Virus record (IMG/VR): IMGVR_UViG_3300004774_000001
DNA length: 64,000 nucleotides
From: an uncultured virus (IMG/VR IMGVR_UViG_3300004774_000001)
Taxonomy: Duplodnaviria > Heunggongvirae > Uroviricota > Caudoviricetes
Direction: 5' to 3' (one strand)
The stretch's first letter is position 1. Each line of letters starts with the position of its first letter. The position numbers and the translations under genes were made by a program. Of the stretch, positions 19,825 to 29,582 are shown piece by piece. A model generated the notes under the pieces. That model was given only the letters and a program-made list of their open reading frames with translations, made no database searches and was not told the origin of the DNA.

Positions 19825-20259
19825 ATGTCCAGCCTGAACACACTTACTGGGCGTAACGGGAAATTCGTGGTTGGAACCACCCTCGTTGCCCGGACGAAGA
19901 AATGGGATGTAAATCCCAAACTAGCGGGTGGTTCGACGTGGGGTGATTCCGACAGTGCCGGGTATACCAACCGAGCGCCCGGCCGGAAGGATTGCACGTT
20001 CAAAGTTGAGGGTGTTTATGACACCACCCATGAACAGTTCGATATCTTCCAGCCGGAAGATATCGCGCTTGCTGTACTCTGGATGAATGCAACAGCCCTC
20101 TACTGGGACTTCCCGCGAGCCCTCTGCGAAGATTTCAGCCTGGCGGTTGACATCGACACGGAAGACGTGGTCGGATGGTCAGCCGGTTGGGGTGCCGATG
20201 GGATCTTCTACCGACCTGGGCAGTCTGGGGCTACGGTCCGAACTTTGCCGACGCTGTGA
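19825..20259 (+). CDS. Tail tube protein (putative)
   Basis: Position before the chaperones and tape measure; beta-rich 144 aa. Confidence 0.6.
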   Translation: MSSLNTLTGRNGKFVVGTTLVARTKKWDVNPKLAGGSTWGDSDSAGYTNRAPGRKDCTFKVEGVYDTTHEQFDIFQPEDIALAVLWMNATALYWDFPRALCEDFSLAVDIDTEDVVGWSAGWGADGIFYRPGQSGATVRTLPTL

Positions 20260-20263
20260 TACC

Positions 20264-20380
20264 ATGACTCCTATTGAACACAAAGCTGCTGAGATTCAAC
20301 ATGGACACGCAGCAAGCAGAGTACCATATGACTGGTCCAGGCGGGAAGGCGGAAAGAAAGACCTCCCGCGAAGTTCGTGA
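20264..20380 (+). pseudogene. Remnant of a 17949-type leader (MTPIEHKAAEIQ) without tag or cargo
   Basis: The first ~37 nt are near-identical to the 5' end of 17949. Confidence 0.5.
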
Positions 20381-20690
20381 TATGGTGTATGCTGCAGCAG
20401 GTATCGCCAGATGACTCCCTTTGAAATCACAAGAATCGAGGTACATGATTTGGATTCCTGCCCGTGCTTAGAATGCGGGCAGGAACGGGCACGACGAACT
20501 TCCGCACATCCCGCCGAATCTTCTCTTCGCATAATCCCCCTCGAGGCGGCAACAGCGCTTCGACTTATCATACGACGTCCTGCTGGTTCGCTTGCCCGTG
20601 AACTTATGTTGGCCGAGAAGGCTGACTAGACAATTCGAGACGTCATCCTCTGACCCAGGGGATTCTATCTATTTCCACAGGAGACCTTCA

Positions 20691-21314
20691 ATGTCTGACA
20701 AAGAAGCCAGAGTGCTTGGTGCTGGGGACACGCTGACCGTCAAAGAGAAAGAGTTCCGTATCCTCCCGATTGGAATGCAGCAGCTGACTGAGGTTCAGCG
20801 TCACGCTGTTGCCTATTACAAACGAGAGTATCTACGGACATTCGCCGAGAACCTCGACTTGTTTCCGGCTGAGAAGGCCGATGGTCTGCTAGAGCAAAAG
20901 CTGGAAGAGGTCGCTCGATGGGATGTCGGGGACTTGCCAGTCAAGATGTCATACGACGTTTCCTCCACCCCGATCGATACTCTGAGTGCAGAGCTGACTG
21001 CGATCTATGGTGAGCTGCCGGCCGGTGAGTTTACTCGCAGAGCTCTTCTCGCGACTGCTCTCGATTCTGGAAAGATCACTCCTGATACGGTCGAGGCGGT
21101 TTCCGGCATTCGTCCCGGCCGTGCAAGAGTCCCCTACGATACATGGTGGATCACAGCCGTCTATGATGGTATGATCACATTCGTTTGGGCGTCGATGAAG
21201 ATCAGCCATCCAGAGCTGACGAAGAAAGATATCAGTAACTGGTCGTTGGCAAAGATCATCGAGGCGGCGAGGATGGTCGAACGATTGACTGCGCCGGCCT
21301 TGGGAAATATGTAG
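20691..21314 (+). CDS. Tail assembly chaperone (gpG-like)
   Basis: AGGAG RBS; position before the tape measure; ends with slippery GGGAAAT. Confidence 0.7.
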   Translation: MSDKEARVLGAGDTLTVKEKEFRILPIGMQQLTEVQRHAVAYYKREYLRTFAENLDLFPAEKADGLLEQKLEEVARWDVGDLPVKMSYDVSSTPIDTLSAELTAIYGELPAGEFTRRALLATALDSGKITPDTVEAVSGIRPGRARVPYDTWWITAVYDGMITFVWASMKISHPELTKKDISNWSLAKIIEAARMVERLTAPALGNM

Positions 21315-21721
21315 GGCTCACCGCCCTCGAGAATGCCGAGGCCAGGGACGATGAGACCGACCTCGGTGGCGGTGGGTTGTCCTTTGGGATCACTACTTAT
21401 CATTTGAGACTGCTGACTGATAATCCATATGAAGGCGGTGGAGGCTACTCATACGAAGAGGTCGGTAGGATGAGTCCTGATCAGATTTATCACCGGCTCT
21501 GCGACATCAAAGTTCTTAAAGCTAAAGGCGGTAGACGAATAGCCAAGGCGGACCCTCTGTCCGTCACCGTGGACGAGAACGGGATGGTCAAGGGCAGAGA
21601 TGCAGATGGGAATCCGATAGAGGCGAGGATCGGTGGAAAGTCCTTGGCCAGGAGATTGATGGAAGAGGAGAAGGCCAAGCAGCAGGCACCGAAGGAACGC
21701 AGAAGAAGACACAGAGGTTGA
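21302..21721 (+). CDS. -1 frameshift extension of the chaperone (gpGT-like)
   Basis: G GGA AAT at 21302-21308; the -1 frame is open from 21302 to 21721. Confidence 0.75.
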   Translation, partial: GKYVGLTALENAEARDDETDLGGGGLSFGITTYHLRLLTDNPYEGGGGYSYEEVGRMSPDQIYHRLCDIKVLKAKGGRRIAKADPLSVTVDENGMVKGRDADGNPIEARIGGKSLARRLMEEEKAKQQAPKERRRRHRG

Positions 21722-21723
21722 GA

Positions 21724-24700
21724 ATGGGTATTGAGCTCGCCAGAGCATTTGTAACGGTCTCAGCCGACGCCTCCCAGGCGAAGTCGACGCTGGACAATTT
21801 CCAGTCTAGCACGACCAAGTCGCTGATGAATTCCAGTAACACCGTCGACCAGATTTTGGCTGTGATGTCAGACGGAATTGACAGGCAGCGGGCTGTTCTT
21901 GGTGTATCTGCTGAACAGCTCGCCCGTCATGCCTTGGAATCTCAGGGGGCATCTAAGTCTCAGATGGCCCTCTATGATTCAATGGTTGCCTCTGGTGGGG
22001 AGATCAATAAGCAGTCCGCTGCCATTGAAAGGGGGCAGGCCCTAACCCGGCAAGTCGCGGAATCAACGAAGGGGTACACCGGCCATGTCGCTGATCTGGA
22101 CGATTTATTGAAACGGCACACGATCACGCAGGACACGTACAACGCCGCCCTCAGCCAGCTCAAGAATCAAAACTTCCAGCAGCTCGCCAGTCAGATATCG
22201 CAAGTGACTGGCTCTGTCGCTGTTATGGGTGGTGTGATGACGATGGCATTCGGTGGGGCCGCCAGCGCAGCCATTATGGCAGCTGGCAAGTTCGAGCAGA
22301 CTACTATCGCATTCTCTACGATGCTTGGATCGGCCGAGAAGGCTGGTGACCTTCTCGAGAAGCTGACCAAGTTCGCCGCCGCAACCCCATTCGAGATGCC
22401 TGAAATTGAACAGGTATCCCGCGGTCTGGTGATGTTTGGCGAGGATAGCAAGACCCTCATGCAGACCCTCACCATGCTAGGCAATGCCGCTTCTGGCACG
22501 TCTAGCTCATTCGGAATGATCGGGCTGGTTTATAATCAGATTCGGGGTGTCGGTCACCTATTGACCCAAGACTTCCGCCAGTTGAGTACACGCGGTGTTA
22601 TCTCCCTCCGCGACATCGCTGCTCACTATAAGATTACAGATGCCGCAGCTCAGGATATGATCTCGAAGGGTAAGATATCGTTCAACGACTTCCGAGAAAT
22701 CATGCTCGAGCTGACCGGCGGGTCCGGACGTTTCTCCAATATGATGGAGAAGCAGAGCAAGTCTATGCTCGGTATGCTTTCCACCTTCAACGACGCATGG
22801 CGGATTACTCTACGTCAGATCGGCGAGGAGATCACCCCAATCGGTAAGGTAGTCATGGGGGCGGGGATTTCAACACTCGAAATGTTTAGTAGCATGGATA
22901 AAGGATCCAAGCTGTTCCTCGCTGGATCATTGGGTCTAGGGGCTGTAGTTGGTGGGTTGGTGACTTCGATCACTGGGATGGTGTTCGTTGGGGTAAAGTT
23001 GGTAAGCGCCTATACCAGCATGTCGTCTATTTTGACGACTATGGCGGCGACGTCTAGAGCGGCTGCCGCCGCTCAATGGTCACTGAACGCCGCGATGACG
23101 GCAGGGAAGGTTGCGTTTGGCCTCACTGGAATCGCGATCGCCGGGCTAGTCGGATACAATTTAGGAAATTGGTTGGAGGGACAATCAGAAGCCGGCAAGA
23201 AGATGGCTGAGATGTATGAGAAATTAGGTAAGGACATAGCAGATATCTCAGTCGCCCCAAGCTTCAAGGGCCAGTCAACGGCTGGTCTAGAAAAATACCT
23301 CAAGAACGTAGAGACTTTGATTGCTGAGTCCACCGCTCGGGTGGCTGCCCAAGAGAAAGATCCGAATGCAAAGGGCGCTGAGTCTCTGAAGCTGGAGAAG
23401 AAACTGCTACTGAACCTTACCGATCTGAAGAAGAAAGCTCAGGACGAACTCAGTCAACATAGTGATGCAAAGGTCAACGATAAGGAAGTACGGGATAAGA
23501 AGATCAAGTCTGCTAGGGAGGAATACGATGCCCTTCTTAAAGAGGCGAAAGACCTCGATGAGAAGATGAAGGGGAATACGAAGTTAGCTACCCCTCTGGC
23601 ATTTGATCCAGACGATCAAGGTAAGACGAGGAGGGCCCGTATCCAGGCCCGCAAAGAGCTGGAAGAAGACGCAGCAAAGAAAGTCGAACTCGATGCCAAG
23701 CTGCGCATGGCCGGGGAGCGTCAGCGTTCACTCGTCCAGGCCAAAAAGACTGCAGAGGATCCAGCCGACGAGAAGAAAACGGCAAAGGCGAAGGAAGAGA
23801 CGGAGAAGCTGAAGGAGAAAGCCGACACATGGAAGATGAATGCGGATCAGGCCGCCGCATATAAGATGAAGGTTGAGAAGGTCTCGGCTGCAGAGATACT
23901 CCTGAACCAAGTTGAGCGGGGCCGCGAGCGTGCCCTGAAAGTAGACGACATCGTTGAGAAGTACGAGAAGGAAGCTAGGGCGGTCGGAAAAACCAAGGAT
24001 GAGCTGGAGCTATTGAAGATTTCAGAGGATAAGTCTCTGGGGCTGAATAACAATCTAGAAGACATGGGGGATCAACTCGAACGTATCCGCCAGAAGCTCA
24101 GTGATTTACGTGTAGCAGAGGCCATCCAAGCAATGCAGACTCCTGCCCAGAAGCTCCAAGCAACGTATGCCGGTATAGCACGGGATTCTGGTGTCGGTAC
24201 GGAAGCGACGGCAACACGATTCGCTGCTTTGCGTCAGTCGACCATCGACGCCCTGAACCCATTGAAAGCGTTAGGGGACAAGATCGAAGAGCTGAAGATT
24301 CACTTTGTGAATGGACTGTCTGTCGATGACGCCAGACGAGCTATGGCTGGGCTAGTAGATGGGTTTGGAGACGCGATCGATCCTGCCGATGCCCTCGCTA
24401 AGCAGTTTGATAATCTGGCGAGACAATTCGGTGCTGGGTCGATGGAATATGGGGTGTTTGCAGAGCGTCTAGGCAAGGGAGTGCGAGATTCCCTCGACCC
24501 CCATAGACAGCTGAATGCTGAAGTCGCCCGGCTGACAGCCATGATGAAGGGTGGGGCATTTAGTGGGAATGAAGCAGAGAATGTTCGAATCTATGACGCC
24601 GCTATTCTCAACCTCGGTAAGTCCGCTAGGGAGTCAGTTAACCCATTCCTCGCCCTTCAAACTAGGGTAGCGGAGTTCAAGAATCAGCTAGATCAGGGCG

Positions 24701-25257
24701 TGCTAGGTGAAGGGGCAGCGGGGCTGGAAGTATTCAAGAAATTGGTCGCCAGCCTCGGTGACTCTGTGAGGGCATCGGTTGACCCATTGTTTGCTTTAGA
24801 TAAGCAGATTGAGCAGCTGGATGCCCAACTCAAAGCCGGTGCGTTTGGAGAAGGTGCCACTGGCCTCGATCTCTATAACAAGGCTGTGGCGAACCTCGGT
24901 AAGTCAGTCCGCGACTCGGTCAACCCCGTCGCTGCTCTGGCGTCGAAGATGGAGGAGCTGGACGCACTACGAAAGAGAAACGCAATCAGTGAATGGGAGT
25001 ATGGTCAGGCCGTTCGGGCTGCGAAGGTGGCGGCTGGATTCGAGTTGGGTGCTGGCAAGTATGGGATGGCTGATCTGGGTAAACGATTCCAGGATATTAT
25101 GCTTAAGCCTACCCCGCCCGGCGGATTCGGTGAGGCTGGGAAGCCAAAAGATAGACAGAATGACATGGTCGATTTGATGGGGCGTCAGATCGTCAAACAG
25201 GACGAAATGATCAAGGCCGTCAAAGAAGGTCAGGTTCAGAAGGGGATGCTAAACTAA
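21724..25257 (+). CDS. Tape measure protein
   Basis: FAAATPFEMPEI tape-measure motif; long Ala/Lys helical protein with internal DSxxP repeats. Confidence 0.92.
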   Translation: MGIELARAFVTVSADASQAKSTLDNFQSSTTKSLMNSSNTVDQILAVMSDGIDRQRAVLGVSAEQLARHALESQGASKSQMALYDSMVASGGEINKQSAAIERGQALTRQVAESTKGYTGHVADLDDLLKRHTITQDTYNAALSQLKNQNFQQLASQISQVTGSVAVMGGVMTMAFGGAASAAIMAAGKFEQTTIAFSTMLGSAEKAGDLLEKLTKFAAATPFEMPEIEQVSRGLVMFGEDSKTLMQTLTMLGNAASGTSSSFGMIGLVYNQIRGVGHLLTQDFRQLSTRGVISLRDIAAHYKITDAAAQDMISKGKISFNDFREIMLELTGGSGRFSNMMEKQSKSMLGMLSTFNDAWRITLRQIGEEITPIGKVVMGAGISTLEMFSSMDKGSKLFLAGSLGLGAVVGGLVTSITGMVFVGVKLVSAYTSMSSILTTMAATSRAAAAAQWSLNAAMTAGKVAFGLTGIAIAGLVGYNLGNWLEGQSEAGKKMAEMYEKLGKDIADISVAPSFKGQSTAGLEKYLKNVETLIAESTARVAAQEKDPNAKGAESLKLEKKLLLNLTDLKKKAQDELSQHSDAKVNDKEVRDKKIKSAREEYDALLKEAKDLDEKMKGNTKLATPLAFDPDDQGKTRRARIQARKELEEDAAKKVELDAKLRMAGERQRSLVQAKKTAEDPADEKKTAKAKEETEKLKEKADTWKMNADQAAAYKMKVEKVSAAEILLNQVERGRERALKVDDIVEKYEKEARAVGKTKDELELLKISEDKSLGLNNNLEDMGDQLERIRQKLSDLRVAEAIQAMQTPAQKLQATYAGIARDSGVGTEATATRFAALRQSTIDALNPLKALGDKIEELKIHFVNGLSVDDARRAMAGLVDGFGDAIDPADALAKQFDNLARQFGAGSMEYGVFAERLGKGVRDSLDPHRQLNAEVARLTAMMKGGAFSGNEAENVRIYDAAILNLGKSARESVNPFLALQTRVAEFKNQLDQGVLGEGAAGLEVFKKLVASLGDSVRASVDPLFALDKQIEQLDAQLKAGAFGEGATGLDLYNKAVANLGKSVRDSVNPVAALASKMEELDALRKRNAISEWEYGQAVRAAKVAAGFELGAGKYGMADLGKRFQDIMLKPTPPGGFGEAGKPKDRQNDMVDLMGRQIVKQDEMIKAVKEGQVQKGMLN

Positions 25258-26174
25258 TGGTCTCAAAATATGAAGATCCAACAACCTGGCGACTGAAGAC
25301 CGGTGGGACAGGCGTCCCATACCGTATTGTGTCGATGAGCGGTGTGATCGAGGCTGCTGATTCCTCCGCAAGCATAACAATGCTCGTCCCGTCTGATAAG
25401 CTGATGCAGTTCGCAGAGGAGATGTTCCCAGAATCCTACATGCTTGGAACATTCCCGATTCAACCATCTCCGGGAAGAATCTATGGGACGCCGTTATTTG
25501 CTGGACGGATCGCATGGAAGGGGCATGTCGATGGTAAGCCGGTCGATCCATTCGGTGTTGACCCAACGGCACCAGATGAGACGTATCAACCGATCTGTGA
25601 ATGTACCGTCGATTTCACAACGAAGCAGGATCAAGAAGAAAGCGATCCGAATGATCCTTTCACATTCCTCACTGTGAGTTGTTCTGGGGCCGGTGAGTTC
25701 ATTCACACCACGGCTCCAAAGGCGAAGTGGACTGATTCGGACATCCTCGGTGCTGCTCTTGAGCCGAACAAGCTGCAAACGACCCCTGTTAGTTTTATCG
25801 TCCCCGAAGTTGACTGGGATGTTTCATGGCCACAAGTGCCAAATGTTTTTTACAGGAATACACTAGTCGCTAGGTTGAGGGCTGCACTTGGAAAGGTAAA
25901 TTCCAAAGTCATCCCTCTGTTCTTTAATGCTCCGCCGGAGACGATTCTGTTTGTTGGTTACTCCCTGCGAACAAGCTATACATGGCGGACGGCGACCCAA
26001 CCACCTTTTCAGATGAACTTGAAATTCCTCGAGAAGCACGTGATAGATGATGCCGGCAAGGTCCGTGGTCACAACGACTTCTGGAAAGCCGATGTTGGGT
26101 GGCAGCGCCTATTGTTTGACGGAGTGAATCCGGTATATAAGTCCACCGACCTCCTAACGATTTTCAAGTCGTAG
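25257..26174 (+). CDS. Tail tip/distal tail protein (putative)
   Basis: Immediately follows the tape measure; 305 aa. Confidence 0.55.
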   Translation: MVSKYEDPTTWRLKTGGTGVPYRIVSMSGVIEAADSSASITMLVPSDKLMQFAEEMFPESYMLGTFPIQPSPGRIYGTPLFAGRIAWKGHVDGKPVDPFGVDPTAPDETYQPICECTVDFTTKQDQEESDPNDPFTFLTVSCSGAGEFIHTTAPKAKWTDSDILGAALEPNKLQTTPVSFIVPEVDWDVSWPQVPNVFYRNTLVARLRAALGKVNSKVIPLFFNAPPETILFVGYSLRTSYTWRTATQPPFQMNLKFLEKHVIDDAGKVRGHNDFWKADVGWQRLLFDGVNPVYKSTDLLTIFKS

Positions 26175-26176
26175 TC

Positions 26177-26905
26177 ATGCACGAGATATTTCCAGTTAAG
26201 AAGCCGGGTGACCCGCTGTATGCGAGGGAGATCAACCTCCTCAGCGGGGCCGCTCGAACCGCCGGTACGAGCAGGGAAGGTGGAAATCAGTTCGGTACTC
26301 GTGGATGGTTTAATGCGTCGGCTGCAGATCAGTCTCATATCGAATGCCTGATGAAAATCGTCGCGAACGTGGTCGAGGCCGGGGACGTTCCGTATGCCGG
26401 CCGATACAAAGGGCGCCCACGATACTTCGATCAGGATGCCCTCAAATGGACTGATTGGGAGGATGGCACTGGAGGGGAGAACGATTACGAGATCGACGCC
26501 CGTGGGTATACTAGATATTCAGCATCAACTCAGTGGGCACCTGTTCTGCTCTATGGTGATCTGATCACGGTTCGGTACGACGAGCAGCGGGGAGTTCTCG
26601 TTCCTGTCACCATCCCGTGGGTGGACAGATGGGTTCTGACGCCGGCCGACGGAATCCCGGCCCGCGTCGGTGCCACTGAAAGTAGTGCGACCTGTAAATT
26701 CGTGAAACAGGAATTGAACACGGCTGGCGATACGATAACATGGTCGTACCTGAAAGATGCTGCGGATGCCGATGTCGAGTATAAGGTCTTCAACGGATTT
26801 CCCGATGACATCCCAGGTGAGATCCATGCGAAGGTGTCTTATAATTCCATCGGTCAGTTTCATATCACTGGTGTTCCGTGCTCTGAGGATTCTCCTCTGG
26901 TATAA
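26177..26905 (+). CDS. Tail-region protein
   Basis: Context; 242 aa. Confidence 0.5.
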   Translation: MHEIFPVKKPGDPLYAREINLLSGAARTAGTSREGGNQFGTRGWFNASAADQSHIECLMKIVANVVEAGDVPYAGRYKGRPRYFDQDALKWTDWEDGTGGENDYEIDARGYTRYSASTQWAPVLLYGDLITVRYDEQRGVLVPVTIPWVDRWVLTPADGIPARVGATESSATCKFVKQELNTAGDTITWSYLKDAADADVEYKVFNGFPDDIPGEIHAKVSYNSIGQFHITGVPCSEDSPLV

Positions 26906-26907
26906 AC

Positions 26908-29580
26908 ATGGGTAACGGCACTGGGATAATGAAGTTTCAGCCGGGGCAGCCGTGCTGCTCGTCCCCATATTGCGAACTACTCAAGGCGGATTTCTCCTCC
27001 CTACAGATGGTTCAGAGTGAATGGGATCTCCGTGCCGGTTCATGGGACGACGTGGACGGGACTGGAACAGAGCTAGAGTTGCAGGCTGCCGGAGTTGAGT
27101 TGCTCGCTACGGAAGAACCCGCCGTCTCTCCCTATGGCGTCAAGACGACCGTCAGTTTCCGGGGCCGGGCCGGTTCGGTCATCAGGTTCTTCGCCGGGGC
27201 CGATGCTGACGTATCAGTATCAGCCGAAGTCACGCTTGGCACAGACTGCGGACAGCTCCGCTTCTACGAGCAATCGCTGAGCGGCGAGACCCGCGTGGGT
27301 GACGTCCACTGGATACGTGAGCTACGCGGTGAAGAGTGGCATGTCGGTGAGCTTTGCTACGACCCCGCCCGCGGCTACCTGACGATGAAGGTGACGACGT
27401 TGGCCGGCGAGACGCAATCCTACACCGCACTGATCGGTTCTACCGGGGCCGCGGGCTACGGCGTTGGGACGGTGACTGATACGGCGGAATTCCGTTCTTT
27501 GACCGCGGCGGTGACTGGACACATCCTGATTCCGATGGCAGTCTGCGGCAGCGTGGCCATCACGACCACGCAGGAGGGCAGGGCTACGCCGCAACAGCAG
27601 ATCCTGTCGGTGCAATTGGGCAGCGGAGACAACGTTTCACTGTGGTGGAGCTATGGGGCCGCAGTGTCGTTCGTAATCGATGCCATGCCGGGAGGAACAG
27701 AATCTACGACTGGCAGTTACACGATAGGGTTTGACCCGCCTAGCGTAGTCGCATCGACCCTTGAAGGTCTGATCAATACAGCCCTAACTGGTCTAGGCAG
27801 CGTTGCTTGTTCAATCGCGGACGGCGTGTTAGAGATCAACTACACAAGCAATCCGCCGGCGGATCTTTACCTGCTAATGTGGTTGCGAGTCGGCGGCACC
27901 ATTGACACTTCGCACCCGGTCACCGAAACGCAGCCATACATTCCAGCGCGGAATGAGATCCAGGCCATAGCAATCACAGGCGGGCCGACCGGCGGAACCT
28001 TTACCCTGACGTTCAGCGGTCAGACCACTGGCGCGATCGCGTTCGACGCTGATGCTGCAACGGTTCGGGGTGCTTTGGAATCACTGAGCAATATCGGCAG
28101 TGGAAATGTATCAGTCACCGGCGTTGCCATGTCGTGGCTCGTGGAGTTCGTCGGCACGTTGGCGGCAACGGACGTGCCGCAGATGACCGCTTCCGGCTCG
28201 TTCACTGGCTGCCCGTGTTCGTACAGTTACGGGGCCTACGATCCGTCGTGCTACTTCACTTGCGCGAGTTGCGATCCTTCGTGCTCACTGGCTGGATCGG
28301 CGTTCAGTGGCACGTTGTCGGATTGCGATTGGGACGGCGTGGGGTATGCGTTTTCGGCAACCGGGGCGACGGGAACAGGATCGCTGGAGCATCGCACCGA
28401 AATATACACCATTCCGTTAGCGGCGACCGCCGCTGCGACGGGGATAGAGATCAGTGACTTTGAGGCCGGCTATAGTTACTCGCTGACAATCGCTGGCATC
28501 ACAGAAACCGCCACGTTGAAAAAATCAGGAACTCCCTCAAAGTATTACGTCAATTTCACCGTCAATGGAACGACCGTTGGAAAGTATGAACAGACGACCT
28601 TCCCGGCATCGATTTGGTTGCGTGTATGCAGGTCGTATACGTCAGCGCGGGTGACAGTTAGTCATACGTTTGAAGACTGCGTGCTGTCTAAAACAGAGAC
28701 GTTGCTTGATAACGAGACTTACTATCAGACATACCCGACATCTTTGTCTGTCACTACTGATGATCCAGAGGTAACCTGGACATCGATACACGCGACCAAA
28801 CAGTTCGAATTGTATGCGGCCTGTTCATGCTATCTGTCAACTGGCGGTGGCGGTAGAGATCCAAACTACCCACGGTGCAGTGTTCCATGTACTGGAAATT
28901 GCAAAGACGATAAGTGGCCGTCGGCATTCATCGTAGACAGCGACGGAATGCCTTTTCATTCGTATGAAGTGCCAAACGTTGGATGCAGGTACGATCTTCA
29001 GGCGGGCTACATCTACTATGAATATGCGGTAGAAAACGGTCACGTTGACGCCGGCTCGCCAATGGGTTCAGCGACCCCATTCCCAACTGAGGTATGTAAT
29101 GGAATCGCAGCGACTATGGGGTATTATGAGGGCTGGACATGCACGGTTCTTGTCAGTGTTTTACCGTCTGTTTTGGGAGTAGATTTATGGATGGTCCCCA
29201 GCCATATTGGTTCGATCATGATAGGGTACGGGGACCCCTCGCAGATCATTCATGATGATCACTACTACACGGTTGTACTTCTGAGCATTGCAATGGAGCT
29301 AAATGACAGCGTGATACGAAGAGCAGGAAACACTTTGGCATTCCTTCACGATCACGGGCCTGATAAGCCGGACTGTATGGTCTTCACTGACCTGCCGTGT
29401 ACGTTCTATGCGTCTGGTTCTAAGTGGAAAAATAACTTCTACACTGCATTGAAGGGTGGCGGCCAAAGATGGTCTGGGATTGCGAACTTTTGTCATAGTG
29501 GGCCTGGAGCGATAGACGAAACGGACCCAGAATGGAGCTACTTGTCACCTGGATTTCTCGTCCACATTACCGCAGTATAG
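26908..29580 (+). CDS. Cys-rich tail fibre/receptor-binding-like protein
   Basis: 890 aa, beta- and Cys-rich; GGTFTLTFSGQTTGAIAFDA...ALESL module. Confidence 0.55.
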   Translation: MGNGTGIMKFQPGQPCCSSPYCELLKADFSSLQMVQSEWDLRAGSWDDVDGTGTELELQAAGVELLATEEPAVSPYGVKTTVSFRGRAGSVIRFFAGADADVSVSAEVTLGTDCGQLRFYEQSLSGETRVGDVHWIRELRGEEWHVGELCYDPARGYLTMKVTTLAGETQSYTALIGSTGAAGYGVGTVTDTAEFRSLTAAVTGHILIPMAVCGSVAITTTQEGRATPQQQILSVQLGSGDNVSLWWSYGAAVSFVIDAMPGGTESTTGSYTIGFDPPSVVASTLEGLINTALTGLGSVACSIADGVLEINYTSNPPADLYLLMWLRVGGTIDTSHPVTETQPYIPARNEIQAIAITGGPTGGTFTLTFSGQTTGAIAFDADAATVRGALESLSNIGSGNVSVTGVAMSWLVEFVGTLAATDVPQMTASGSFTGCPCSYSYGAYDPSCYFTCASCDPSCSLAGSAFSGTLSDCDWDGVGYAFSATGATGTGSLEHRTEIYTIPLAATAAATGIEISDFEAGYSYSLTIAGITETATLKKSGTPSKYYVNFTVNGTTVGKYEQTTFPASIWLRVCRSYTSARVTVSHTFEDCVLSKTETLLDNETYYQTYPTSLSVTTDDPEVTWTSIHATKQFELYAACSCYLSTGGGGRDPNYPRCSVPCTGNCKDDKWPSAFIVDSDGMPFHSYEVPNVGCRYDLQAGYIYYEYAVENGHVDAGSPMGSATPFPTEVCNGIAATMGYYEGWTCTVLVSVLPSVLGVDLWMVPSHIGSIMIGYGDPSQIIHDDHYYTVVLLSIAMELNDSVIRRAGNTLAFLHDHGPDKPDCMVFTDLPCTFYASGSKWKNNFYTALKGGGQRWSGIANFCHSGPGAIDETDPEWSYLSPGFLVHITAV

Positions 29581-29582
29581 CT

